From contig NZ_DASRTN010000008.1 in the NCBI RefSeq assembly GCF_035655895.1, positions 333,536 to 397,535 of the forward strand: 64,000 bases of DNA, written 5' to 3'. Each line of letters opens with the position of its first letter. Position 1 is the stretch's first letter. The notes beneath the pieces are model-generated. The model had not been told where the DNA came from. It saw only the letters and a list, made by a program, of their open reading frames with translations, and did not search any database. Positions 36,651 to 49,758 of the stretch are shown here, piece by piece. The translations under genes were made by a program, and so were the position numbers. Source of the stretch: Ramlibacter sp. (GTDB taxonomy: Bacteria; Pseudomonadota; Gammaproteobacteria; Burkholderiales; Burkholderiaceae_C).

Positions 36651-37464
36651 GCGAGCCTCCGGTACAGGCGCTCGGCCCGGCTGACCGGCTCGAAGCGCGC
36701 GGCGTAGGCCGAGAAGTCGAGCGTTTCCTTGGAGCCCAGGCCGAGGAAGCCGCGGTGCGACAGCGAGTCGTGGAACAGCCCGAGCGCGCGGTCCTGCAGG
36801 CGGCGGTTGAAGTAGATCAGCACGTTGCGGCACGAGACCAGCTGGGTCTCGGAGAACACCGCGTCGGTGGCCAGGCTGTGGTCGGCGAAGGTGATGCTGT
36901 CGCGCAGCGACTTGTCGAACAACGCGCCGCCATACGCCGCGGTGTAGTACTCGCTGAAGCTGCGCAGCCCGCCCGCACGCTGGTAGTTGCGGGTGAAGGC
37001 CTGCATGTGCTCGAGGCTGAAGATGCCCTGCCGGGCCTTGTCCAGCGAGGCATGGTTGATGTCGGTGGCGTACAGGATGGTGCGCTCGAGGAGGCCCTCC
37101 TCGCGCAGCAGGATGGCCAGCGAGTACGGCTCCTCGCCGGTGCTGCAGCCGGCGACCCACACCTTGACCGACGGGTAGGTGCGCAGCACCGGCACCACGT
37201 GGCGGCGCAGGGCCAGGAAGTAGTCCGGGTCGCGGAACATCTCGCTGACCGGGACCGTGAGGTACTGCAGCAGGACCGCGAACTGCCCGGCGTCGTGCAG
37301 CACGCGCTCCTGCAGCGCCGAGACCGACGGCGCGTCCATCTTCTTCTGCGCCTGCAGCACGCGCCGCTTGAGCGATGCCGGCGCGTAGTCGCGGAAGTCG
37401 TGGCCGTAGCGCAGGAACACCGCCTCGACGAGAAGGCGGATCTCGATGTCTGCCACCGACGCCA

Positions 37465-37465
<1 letters not shown>
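36647..37465 (-). CDS. CheR-type methyltransferase
   Basis: VSEMFRDP, VWVAGCSTGEEPYS, LYATDIN, VSCRNVLIYF. Confidence 0.93.
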
Positions 37466-40950
<3,485 letters not shown>

Positions 40951-41094
40951 GGACGGCAGGGCCCGGGCTCCGGCCCGGGCAACCGGCAAGTGTGCCGGAA
41001 ACCGTCCAGCCAGTGGGCCGCCAGGCGGGCCGGCGGCGCGGGCAGCGAGGGCCGCTGCCCGCAGGGGCGCGTCAGGCGCGTGGCGCGCCCGGAC

Positions 41095-42015
41095 TCAGCG
41101 GGTGCCGCCCAGGTACGACTGGGCGCGCCGGTTGCCGGCGCTGGCGGCGCGTTCGAACCAGCCCAGCGCCTGCTTCTGGTCGGCCGGGACGGTCGCGCCC
41201 TCGAAATAGGCGATCCCGAGGAAGTAGCTCATCTCGCTGCGACCCCGGCGGATGCCTTCCTCGGTCGATTTGCCCGAGCGCTTGACGATCGCCGGGATGT
41301 CGCCGCGGCCGGCGGCGTAGGCTTGCATCTGCTCGACCGTGGTGGAGAAGAAGCGGTCGCGCGCCTGGATGGCCGCGGCCCTGTCGGGCATGGTGCCGAT
41401 CAGTTCGTCGGCCAGCACGGGCAGCGCCTCGAACGGCGTCATGCCGCCCTTCATGCGCGGCGAGTACCAGGCGCGCAGCATCACCCGGTCGAGCGGCAGC
41501 AGGCCGTCGACCTTGATCGGGAAGTAGCTCAGCACGGTCTTGCCGGCCGGATGGCCGCGCACGCCCATCAGGTGCATGGCCTCGTGGTACGCGCAGCGCC
41601 ACGCGTCCTTGCTGCGCATCTGGATGGTCGCGTTCTCGACCCGGTCCTCGGTGCGGAAGTCCAGGTAGGTCACGCAGGGCTGGTTGTCCTCCAGCGCGGT
41701 GTCGGGCGTGATCTCGACCTTCAGGTTGGCCACCTGCTCGGCATTGGGCTGGTCGCTCACGTCCACCAGCTTCACGCCCGCTTCGTCGGTCACGGTGCGC
41801 AGCGCCTTCAGCACGTGGTCGCGGTGCTGGGCGAGGTCGACGCCCGTCATCCGCATGCGGATCTCGTTCTCCCAGCGCACGATGCGCGTGGGCGTCCCGC
41901 TCTGGTGCCACAGCACTTCCCAGAGCGTTCCCAGGCCTTGCTCAGTCTCATCCGCAGCGAGCGCGGCGCAAGGGGCGAGCAACGCTGCCACCAGCGTCCA
42001 GAACTTCCTGCTCAT
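41095..42015 (-). CDS. exported protein with HEXXH metalloprotease-like motif (DUF2927-like) and C-terminal Sel1 repeat
   Basis: Signal peptide; CAYHEAMHLMGVRGH; LDRVMLRAWYSPRM; YFLGIAYFEGATVPADQKQALGWFERAASAGN (Sel1). Confidence 0.7.
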   Translation of the reverse strand: MSRKFWTLVAALLAPCAALAADETEQGLGTLWEVLWHQSGTPTRIVRWENEIRMRMTGVDLAQHRDHVLKALRTVTDEAGVKLVDVSDQPNAEQVANLKVEITPDTALEDNQPCVTYLDFRTEDRVENATIQMRSKDAWRCAYHEAMHLMGVRGHPAGKTVLSYFPIKVDGLLPLDRVMLRAWYSPRMKGGMTPFEALPVLADELIGTMPDRAAAIQARDRFFSTTVEQMQAYAAGRGDIPAIVKRSGKSTEEGIRRGRSEMSYFLGIAYFEGATVPADQKQALGWFERAASAGNRRAQSYLGGTR

Positions 42016-42049
42016 CCGAGTCACCTCAACGTTTCGGGTGAGTCTACGA

Positions 42050-42065
42050 GTAGGAGCGCTCCTAC
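42050..42065. promoter_or_regulatory. perfect 16-bp palindrome GTAGGAGCGCTCCTAC (candidate regulator site, copy 2)
   Basis: Perfect dyad 35 bp upstream of the Sel1/metalloprotease-like gene. Confidence 0.5.
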
Positions 42066-42186
42066 GACAGCATCAGGCCGTCGTCCGACAGACAAGCCGG
42101 CAGGATGCCAATTTTTTCCAGCAGCTGAGGCGCCGGCGCGTCAGACGCGCCACAGTGCGGCCGCCGCGATCGGGCGCCGGGCGGCC

Positions 42187-43095
42187 TCAGGGCGCGTCGA
42201 GGAAGGACTCGATGTGCTGGGCCAGTGCCAGCGGCTGGTCGTGGTGCAGCATGTGGCCGGTGTCCTGCAGCACGGCCTTGCGCACCTGGGGCACGGCCTG
42301 CAGCCGCTCGTGGAATTCGGCGCGGGTGAAGCGGCCCTCCCACCACTGGCCCAGGCTGTCGTCGCTCGCCTCCACCCACAGCGTGGGACAGGCGATGCGC
42401 GCGTACAGGGCCAGCACCTCGTCGACACGGAACAGCTGGGCGTTGGTGATCTTGTGGGCGGCGTCGCCCAGGATGCGCCAGCGGCCGTCGGCCTGCGGCC
42501 GCGCCCACTGGCGGGCCAGCCAGTCCGCCTTGTCCTGCGACAGCCGCCGGTTGGTCTTCATCAGGCGTCGCGCCACGCCGTCGGCCGACTCGTAGGTCTT
42601 CAGCTCGAGCGTGCCGCGGTGGAAGGCCTTGAGTTCGTCCATCCACTTCGCATAGCGGCCGGGCGCCTGGGTGGGGCGGGCGGCGGGCATGCCGAAGCCC
42701 TCCAGGTTCACCAGCCGCCGGATGCGCTGCGGCCGCGAGCCGGTGTACAGCATCGCCACGTTGCCGCCCATGCTGTGCCCCACCAGGTCGACCGGCTGCT
42801 CGCCCGCATAGTGGTCGAGCAGGAAGTCGAGGTCGGCCAGGTAGTCGGGGAACCAGTAGTTGTCGGTGCCGGGGGCCTCGGTGTCGCCGTAGCCACGCCA
42901 GTCCGGCGCGATGACGTAGTGGTCGCGCGAGAACGCGTCGACCATGAACTGCCAGGAGGCCGCGACGTCCATCCAGCCGTGCACCAGCACCAGGGGGACC
43001 TTGCCCGGCCCCGGCTCGCCCCAGAGGCGGACGTGGTAGCGCAGCTGGCGGATCGGGACAAACTCGCTGCGCGACGTGCGTTGGGGTTGGTACAT
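42187..43095 (-). CDS. alpha/beta hydrolase
   Basis: LVHGWMD, PDWRGYGDT, GHSMGG nucleophile elbow, GHMLHHDQP. Confidence 0.92.
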   Translation of the reverse strand: MYQPQRTSRSEFVPIRQLRYHVRLWGEPGPGKVPLVLVHGWMDVAASWQFMVDAFSRDHYVIAPDWRGYGDTEAPGTDNYWFPDYLADLDFLLDHYAGEQPVDLVGHSMGGNVAMLYTGSRPQRIRRLVNLEGFGMPAARPTQAPGRYAKWMDELKAFHRGTLELKTYESADGVARRLMKTNRRLSQDKADWLARQWARPQADGRWRILGDAAHKITNAQLFRVDEVLALYARIACPTLWVEASDDSLGQWWEGRFTRAEFHERLQAVPQVRKAVLQDTGHMLHHDQPLALAQHIESFLDAP

Positions 43096-43122
43096 TGCCG
43101 CGGAATGATAGGAGGCCCCGGG

Positions 43123-45018
43123 ATGAGCGTCAGTCAAGGCAGCGACAAGACCGACCACCACGCGCGCATGCACGCGCAGTTCCGCTGGGCGGTGCCGGCG
43201 CAGTTCAACATCGCCCAGGCGTGCTGCACGCGGTGGGCCCGCGGCGCCGACGGCGCGGCGCGGATCGCGGTGCGGGCGCACGGCGCCGGGCGCGAGGGCG
43301 GGCTCCTGACCTTCGCGTCGCTGCAGGCGCAGGCCGATCGCCTGAGCAACGTGCTGGTCTCGCTGGGCGTGCGCCGCGGCGACCGGGTCGCGATCGTCAT
43401 GCCGCAGCGCTTCGAGACCGCCATCGCCTACATGGCGGTGTTCCAGATGGGCGCGGTGGCGATGCCGCTGTCCATGCTGTTCGGCCCGGAGGCCCTGGCG
43501 TACCGCCTCCAGGACAGCGAGGCCGGCGTGGCGATCTGCGACGAGAGTTCCATCGGCAGCCTGCTGGCCGTGCGCGATGACTGTCCCTCGCTGCGCACGC
43601 TGGTGGGCGTGGGTGCGGCCGCCCTGCGGGCCGACCTCGACTGGGGCGTCGAGCTGGCGCGGCATCCGGCCTCGTTCACCGCCGCCAGGACCAAGGCCGA
43701 CGAGGGCGCCGTCCTGATCTACACCAGCGGCACCACCGGCCCGCCCAAGGGCGCGCTGATCCCGCACCGCGCCCTGATCGGCAACCTGCCGGGGTTCGTC
43801 TGCAGCCAGAACTGGTTCGGCTTTCCGCCCGGGGCGGTGGCGCTGACCGACCCGTCCCCGGTGCGCGAACGGGCCGGGGAGCGGACCGGCCAGGACGTGG
43901 CACGGCCGCCCGGGGCGGACCAGAACAGCGCGGTGTTCTGGTCGCCGGCGGACTGGGCCTGGACAGGCGGGCTGATGGACGCGCTGCTGCCCTCGCTCTA
44001 CTTCGGCCGGCCGATCGTGGCCCACCAGGGCCGCTTCAGTCCCGAGCTGGCGTTCGCGCTGATGCAGGAGCACGGGGTCACGCACACCTTCCTGTTCCCG
44101 ACGGCGCTCAAGGCGATGATGAAGGCCTTCCCGCAGCCGCGGCGGCAGTTCCGCCTCAAGCTCCAGGCGATCATGAGCGCCGGCGAGGCCGTCGGCGACG
44201 CGGTGTTCGCGTACTGTCGCGACGAGCTGGGCGTGGTGGTCAACGAGATGTTCGGCCAGACCGAGATCAACTACGTGGTCGGCAACTGCAGCATGGAATG
44301 GGGCGCGCCGTCCGCCGCGCGCGGCCCGGCGCCGGTCGATGGGGCGCAGCCCGGCCCGGGGCGGCCTGCTGCGGGCGTGGCGGTCTCGCGCGACGCTGTC
44401 GGCTGGCCGGCGCGGCCCGGCAGCATGGGGCGGCCCTACCCCGGGCACCGGGTCGCGGTGATCGACGAGGACGGCCACGAGTGCCCGGTCGGCGTGCCGG
44501 GGGACGTGGCGGTGAACCGCTTCGACGTCCACGGCGACCCCGACCCGATCTTCTTCCTGGGCTACTGGCGCAACGAAGCCGCGACCCAGCGCAAGTTCAC
44601 CGGCGACTGGTGCCGCACGGGCGACCTTGCCGTGCGCGACGCCGACGGCTATCTCTGGTACCAGGGGCGGGCCGACGACGTGTTCAAGGCCGCCGGCTAC
44701 CGCATCGGGCCGAGCGAGATCGAGAACTGCCTGGTCAAGCACCCGGCGGTCGCGAACGCCGCGGTGGTGCCCAAGCCCGACCGCGAGCGCGGCGCCGTGG
44801 TCAAGGCCTACGTGGTGCTCGCGCCGGGACGCACCGGCGACGACGCGCTGGTGGCCGAGCTGCAGCAGCACGTGAAAGGCCGGCTCGCGCCCTACGAGTA
44901 CCCGAAGGAGATCGAGTTCATCGACGCGCTGCCCATGACGACCACCGGCAAGGTGCAGCGGCGGGTGCTGCGGCTGCGCGAGGAGGAGCGGGCACGCGCG
45001 GCGGACGGACGTTCCTGA
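43123..45018 (+). CDS. acyl-CoA synthetase / AMP-binding protein
   Basis: YTSGTTGPPKG, EMFGQTE, TGDLA, GRADDVFKAAGYRIGPSEIE, TTTGKVQR; SD GGAGG upstream. Confidence 0.95.
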   Translation: MSVSQGSDKTDHHARMHAQFRWAVPAQFNIAQACCTRWARGADGAARIAVRAHGAGREGGLLTFASLQAQADRLSNVLVSLGVRRGDRVAIVMPQRFETAIAYMAVFQMGAVAMPLSMLFGPEALAYRLQDSEAGVAICDESSIGSLLAVRDDCPSLRTLVGVGAAALRADLDWGVELARHPASFTAARTKADEGAVLIYTSGTTGPPKGALIPHRALIGNLPGFVCSQNWFGFPPGAVALTDPSPVRERAGERTGQDVARPPGADQNSAVFWSPADWAWTGGLMDALLPSLYFGRPIVAHQGRFSPELAFALMQEHGVTHTFLFPTALKAMMKAFPQPRRQFRLKLQAIMSAGEAVGDAVFAYCRDELGVVVNEMFGQTEINYVVGNCSMEWGAPSAARGPAPVDGAQPGPGRPAAGVAVSRDAVGWPARPGSMGRPYPGHRVAVIDEDGHECPVGVPGDVAVNRFDVHGDPDPIFFLGYWRNEAATQRKFTGDWCRTGDLAVRDADGYLWYQGRADDVFKAAGYRIGPSEIENCLVKHPAVANAAVVPKPDRERGAVVKAYVVLAPGRTGDDALVAELQQHVKGRLAPYEYPKEIEFIDALPMTTTGKVQRRVLRLREEERARAADGRS

Positions 45019-45021
45019 AGG

Positions 45022-45858
45022 TCAGCGCTCGGCGCCCATCACCAGTCCCTCGATCTGGTGCTTCTGGGTGATCGGCACCAGCTCGTCGACGACGCGGCAG
45101 ACCAGGTGGTCGCGCGCCAGCGGCGGCAGCGCGGCGTGGTAGTCCCGCGTCACCATCACGTCGTGCAGCGCGGCGTGGCCGGCGCCCGGGGCGTCGACAC
45201 CCAGCACCAGCACCGGTCGCGAGATCGGCGACAGGTGTTCGGTGCCGCGGTGCATGGTCAGCGCCGAGCGGCAGCTCACGTCGCCTGCCTGCGGGTACTT
45301 GCGCACGGCCCGCTGTGCGTAGCGCGGCGATTCCGAGGCGGGCGGGAACATCCCGTGCCGCCACTCGCGCCCGTCCTCCCACTGCGTGCCGTGCGCGACT
45401 TCCAGCGGCCCCATGTCGGGCGTCACGTCGACGCCGGTCACGTTGAACGCCAGCGAGGTGATCCGCCGGTCGTTCCAGGTCTCGCGCGGCGAGGCAAAGT
45501 CGCGGTGCCAGGGCTGGTACTTGGCCCCCTGCACCGGCACGTCGAAGCCGATCTCCACGATCTCGTAGCGGGGACCCAGCACGGCCTCGCACATGCCGGC
45601 GACCCACGGATGGGTCACCAGGTCGACGAAGCCGCGGAAGGCCTGCGGATGGGCCTCGACGTACCAGCGCCGCGGCCCGCGGCCCACGGCGCCGCCGGGC
45701 CGCTGGATCGCCTCCCAGAACGCGGTCATCATGTCCTCGCGCAGCGCGTCGACCCAGTCGCGGGTGAACGCGCCCTTGCAGGCGGTGATGCCGTCCTCGT
45801 GCAGGGCCTGGAGGCTGGCACCGAGGTCGGCGGCGGAGAGCGGGTGGGCGGGCGTCAT
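45022..45858 (-). CDS. phytanoyl-CoA dioxygenase (PhyH) family Fe(II)/2OG oxygenase
   Basis: QPWHRDF (HxD) and TMHRG (distal His) facial triad; DMGPLEVAHGT. Confidence 0.85.
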   Translation of the reverse strand: MTPAHPLSAADLGASLQALHEDGITACKGAFTRDWVDALREDMMTAFWEAIQRPGGAVGRGPRRWYVEAHPQAFRGFVDLVTHPWVAGMCEAVLGPRYEIVEIGFDVPVQGAKYQPWHRDFASPRETWNDRRITSLAFNVTGVDVTPDMGPLEVAHGTQWEDGREWRHGMFPPASESPRYAQRAVRKYPQAGDVSCRSALTMHRGTEHLSPISRPVLVLGVDAPGAGHAALHDVMVTRDYHAALPPLARDHLVCRVVDELVPITQKHQIEGLVMGAER

Positions 45859-45969
45859 AGGGCCGGCACCGTAGCAGCGGCCTGTCGGGCTACGAAGGCT
45901 GAGCTTCGATTGCGCGCGGGTTCGTGAATTCCGGCGCGCCGGTGTGCGTTCCAGCGCGGCCGTCCAGGT

Positions 45970-46707
45970 TCAGTCGTGGCGGCGCTGGCAGTTCTCGCAC
46001 CAGAAGCTGCGCCGCTGGGTGACGCCCAGGTGCCCCTTGTGGAACGGGATGTCGCACCGCGGGCAGATGCGCTTGGTGTGGGCGAGCCAGTGCTGGCGCA
46101 GCACGAACGCCTTCTTCCATTCCAGGAAGTCGAAGCTGTACTGGCGGGCCTGCGCCACCAGTTCGCGCAGCTTGGCCGGCGGCAGCGCCCCCACGCGCGA
46201 GAGCGGGTGCACGCGGATGCGGAACAGCACCTCGTTCTTGATGATGTTGCCCACGCCCGCGAAGATGCCCTGGTCCAGCAGCGCGTCGCACACCAGCGCG
46301 TCCGGGTCCTCGCACAGCCGGCGGCGGGCCTGCCTTGGGTCCCAGTGGTCGGACAGCACGTCCGCGCTCCAGTCGTACAGCAGGTCGAGGGGCTCTTCCA
46401 CCAGGCGCGCCGCGCAACTGTAGAAGTTGAGCTCGCGCCCCTTGGCGAACCCGAGTCCGATGCGAAGCGGCTTGTCCGGCTTGCGCGCATCGATGCAGTA
46501 GCTGCCGAACATCAGCAGGTGGATGCGCAGGGCGACGTCGGGCAGCTCCAGCAGGAAGTGCTTGCCCCAGGTGCGCACGGCCTGCACGGTGCGGCCCTTC
46601 AGGCGCGACGCATCCAGCGTGGCGTTGCCTTCGACCCGCAGGATGCGCCGGCCCTCGAACACCTGCGCCTGCTCGCGCAGGATGACGAGGGAGGGGCCTT
46701 CGGGCAT
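45970..46707 (-). CDS. Fpg/Nei family DNA glycosylase (endonuclease VIII-like)
   Basis: N-terminal PEGP, WGKHFLL, HLLMFG, H2TH LLDQGIFAGVGNIIKNE, zinc finger CPRC...WCENCQ. Confidence 0.92.
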   Translation of the reverse strand: MPEGPSLVILREQAQVFEGRRILRVEGNATLDASRLKGRTVQAVRTWGKHFLLELPDVALRIHLLMFGSYCIDARKPDKPLRIGLGFAKGRELNFYSCAARLVEEPLDLLYDWSADVLSDHWDPRQARRRLCEDPDALVCDALLDQGIFAGVGNIIKNEVLFRIRVHPLSRVGALPPAKLRELVAQARQYSFDFLEWKKAFVLRQHWLAHTKRICPRCDIPFHKGHLGVTQRRSFWCENCQRRHD

Positions 46708-46781
46708 GGGTGGCGGGGTGCGGGGGGACAGTTGGTTTATTCTGCGCAGCTTCGTTTTTGCGGCCCTGTCATCCTTCTTCC

Positions 46782-47843
46782 ATGAACCTCGTCCAACTCG
46801 GCGCCAGCGACCTGCGCGTCACCCCGATCTGCCTGGGCACCATGACCTTCGGCGAGCAGGTCGGCCAAGCCGACGCACACGCCATCCTCGACCGGGCCCT
46901 CGCCCGCGGGATCAACTTCCTGGACACGGCGGAGATGTATTCGGTGCCGGCGCGCGCCGAGACCTTCGGCGCCACCGAGACCATCCTGGGCCACTGGTTC
47001 CGCAAGACACCGGGCGCGCGCGGCAAGGTGGTGCTCGCCACCAAGGTGGCCGGCCCGTCGCGCGGCATGCCCTGGATCCGCGAAGGCGCCGGCATGACGG
47101 CGGCCGACATCGTGGCCTCCTGCGAGGGTTCGCTGCGCCGCCTGCAGACCGACGTGATCGACCTCTACCAGATCCACTGGCCCGAGCGCAACGTGCCGAT
47201 GTTCGGCTCGCTCTACTACGAGCCCGCCAAGGAGCGCACCCAGACGTCGATCCACGAGCAGCTGGAGGCGTTCCAGAAGCTGGTGCGCCAGGGCAAGGTC
47301 CGCCACATCGGGCTGTCCAACGAGACGCCGTACGGCGTGCACGAGTTCGTGCGGCTGGCCGAGCAGCACGGCCTGCCGCGCGTGGCCACCGTGCAGAACG
47401 TCTACTGCCTGGTCAGCCGCGCGCTGGAGAACGGGCTGGACGAGACCATGCACCGCCTGAACGTCTCGCTGCTCGCGTATTCGCCGCTCGCCTTCGGCCT
47501 GCTCACCGGCAAGTACGACGAGGCCGGCATCGACGGGCCGGGCACACCGCGCGAGGCGCGCATCGGCAGGTTCGAGTCGGTGCGCAAGCAGCGCTGGGGC
47601 CGCCCCGAAGCGCTGGAGGCCGCCAGGCGCTACAACGCGCTGGCCCGCCGCCATGGCCTGACGCCCACGCGGATGGCGCTGGCCTGGTGCTACACCAAGT
47701 GGCAGGTGGCCAGCACCATCATCGGCGTGCGCACGCTGGCCCAGCTCGACGAGGACCTGGACGCCTGGGGCACCACGCTGCCGCCCGAACTGCTGGCCGA
47801 GATCGACGCGATCCGCTGGAACCTGCGCGACCCCGCCAACTGA
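46782..47843 (+). CDS. aldo/keto reductase (Tas-like)
   Basis: ICLGTMTFGEQ, FLDTAEMY, LATKV, IDLYQIHWP, IGLSNET, AYSPLAFG. Confidence 0.93.
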   Translation: MNLVQLGASDLRVTPICLGTMTFGEQVGQADAHAILDRALARGINFLDTAEMYSVPARAETFGATETILGHWFRKTPGARGKVVLATKVAGPSRGMPWIREGAGMTAADIVASCEGSLRRLQTDVIDLYQIHWPERNVPMFGSLYYEPAKERTQTSIHEQLEAFQKLVRQGKVRHIGLSNETPYGVHEFVRLAEQHGLPRVATVQNVYCLVSRALENGLDETMHRLNVSLLAYSPLAFGLLTGKYDEAGIDGPGTPREARIGRFESVRKQRWGRPEALEAARRYNALARRHGLTPTRMALAWCYTKWQVASTIIGVRTLAQLDEDLDAWGTTLPPELLAEIDAIRWNLRDPAN

Positions 47844-47865
47844 ACCCGACCGGACGCCTGCACCC

Positions 47866-49167
47866 ATGGCCCACCTCGTCGTCCACGGCGGAACGCCCCT
47901 GGCCGGACGCATCGTCCCGTCCGCCAACAAGAACGCGGTCCTGCCGATCCTGTGCGCCACCCTGCTGACGCGGGCGCCGGTGCGACTGCACGGCATCCCC
48001 GACATCACCGATGTGCGCCGCATCCTCGACATCTTCGAGCAGCTGGGCAGCGACGTGCGGGTCGACTTCGCCGCCGGCGTGGTCGACCTGCACCACGCGC
48101 GCACCGCGTTCGATCCGCGGCGGCACCACCTGCCCGAGGAGATGCGTTCGTCCATCATGCTGGTGCCCGGGCTGCTGGCCCGCTTCGGCGTGGCCCGCAT
48201 CGAGCAGGACGTGCAGGGCTGCACGCTGGGCGTGCGCGAGATCGATCCGCATGTGGAGGTGATGGAGCGGTTCGGCGCCCGCGTGGAGCGGCTGCCCGAC
48301 GCACTGCTGATGCGCACTGAAGGGCCGCTGCGCGCCAGCGCCCACTGGCTCGACTACGCCAGCGTGACCACGACCGAGAACTTCGTGCTCTGCGCCGCGC
48401 TGGCGCGGGGCACCAGCACGCTGGTGAACGCCGCGAGCGAGCCGCACGTGCAGGAATTCTGTGCCTTCATGCAGCGGCTGGGCGCGCAGATCGAGGGCGT
48501 GGGCACCAGCCGGCTGACAGTCCACGGCGTGGACGCCCTGGGCGGCGCCGAGTTCCGGTTCACCGAGGACTTCCACGAGGCCGTGACCTTCATGGCCCTT
48601 GGCGCCGTGACCGGGGGCTGCATCGAGGTGAAGAACTCGGCGCCGGAGCAGTTTCCGCTGATCGACCGCACCTTCGCCAAGTTCGGCGTCGAGGTGCTGC
48701 ATGAGGGCGGCTGGTCGCGCGCGGTCGCGGCCGGCGGCCTGCGGGTGCGCGAGCCGTTCACGCGCAACATCCTGCAGAAGGTCGAGGCCGCGCCCTGGCC
48801 CTACCTGCCGGTCGACCTGTTGCCGATCTTCGTGGCGCTGGGTGTGCGCGCCGAGGGGAGCGTGATGTTCTGGAACAAGGTGTACGACGGTGCCATGGGC
48901 TGGACCAGCGAGCTGTCCAAGTTCGGCGCCCACACCGTGCTGGCTGATCCGCACCGGGTCATCACCTTCGGCGGCAAGCCGCTCGTGCCGGCCGAGGTCG
49001 ACAGCCCCTACATCATCCGGGTGGCGATCGCGCTGCTGATGCTGGCCGCGAGCATCCCCGGCCGCAGCGTGATCCGCAATGCCTCGCCCGTGCGGCGTGC
49101 CCATCCGCGCTTTGCCGAGAACATCCGCGGCCTGGGCGCCCAGGTCGAGTGGGTGGAGGCCGACTGA
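47866..49167 (+). CDS. UDP-N-acetylglucosamine enolpyruvyl transferase-like (divergent MurA paralogue)
   Basis: SANKNAVLPIL, MRSSIML, QGCTLGVREID (active-site Cys), SVTTTEN, NAASEP. Confidence 0.8.
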   Translation: MAHLVVHGGTPLAGRIVPSANKNAVLPILCATLLTRAPVRLHGIPDITDVRRILDIFEQLGSDVRVDFAAGVVDLHHARTAFDPRRHHLPEEMRSSIMLVPGLLARFGVARIEQDVQGCTLGVREIDPHVEVMERFGARVERLPDALLMRTEGPLRASAHWLDYASVTTTENFVLCAALARGTSTLVNAASEPHVQEFCAFMQRLGAQIEGVGTSRLTVHGVDALGGAEFRFTEDFHEAVTFMALGAVTGGCIEVKNSAPEQFPLIDRTFAKFGVEVLHEGGWSRAVAAGGLRVREPFTRNILQKVEAAPWPYLPVDLLPIFVALGVRAEGSVMFWNKVYDGAMGWTSELSKFGAHTVLADPHRVITFGGKPLVPAEVDSPYIIRVAIALLMLAASIPGRSVIRNASPVRRAHPRFAENIRGLGAQVEWVEAD

Positions 49168-49170
49168 TCC

Positions 49171-49662
49171 ATGGCGAGGAAGGAACACGTCAGCGAGACG
49201 CCGGCCACCGCGCTGCTGCGGGCGCATGGCGTGGCCTTCACCGAGCACCCGTACGAGTACGTCGAGCACGGCGGCGCCGAGCACAGCGCGAAGGTGCTCG
49301 GCCTCGATCCGTTCACCGTGGTCAAGACGCTGGTGATGGAGGACGAGAAGGCCCGTCCGCTGATCGTGCTCATGCATGGCAACCGCAAGGTGTCCACCAA
49401 GAACCTGGCGCGCCAGATCGGCGCCAAGTCGGTCGAGCCCTGCAAGCCCGAGGTCGCCAACCGGCACAGCGGCTACCTGGTCGGCGGCACCTCGCCGTTC
49501 GGCACGCGCAAGCAGATGCCGGTGTACGTGGAGGCGTCCATCCTCGCGTTGCCGCGCATTGTGCTCAACGGTGGCCGGCGCGGCTACCTGGTGGGCATTG
49601 ATCCGAGGGTTTGCGTCGAGCTGCTGTCGGCCCGGCCGGTGCACTGCGCCCTGGAAGAGTAG
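49171..49662 (+). CDS. ybaK: YbaK/EbsC aminoacyl-tRNA deacylase
   Basis: VVKTLV, SGYLVGGTSPFG, NGGRRG. Confidence 0.88.
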   Translation: MARKEHVSETPATALLRAHGVAFTEHPYEYVEHGGAEHSAKVLGLDPFTVVKTLVMEDEKARPLIVLMHGNRKVSTKNLARQIGAKSVEPCKPEVANRHSGYLVGGTSPFGTRKQMPVYVEASILALPRIVLNGGRRGYLVGIDPRVCVELLSARPVHCALEE

Positions 49663-49758
49663 GGCGCCGCCAGCCGCCGCGCACTGTCAGCCAGCGTCAG
49701 CCGCGGCACGCGGCCCCGTGCCCACAATCCGGCTCTCACAACGACACGGGAGACGCGC

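Noticed and set aside
47866-49167. Cys-to-Asp fosfomycin-resistant MurA
   Set aside because: The active-site Cys is present (GCTLG).
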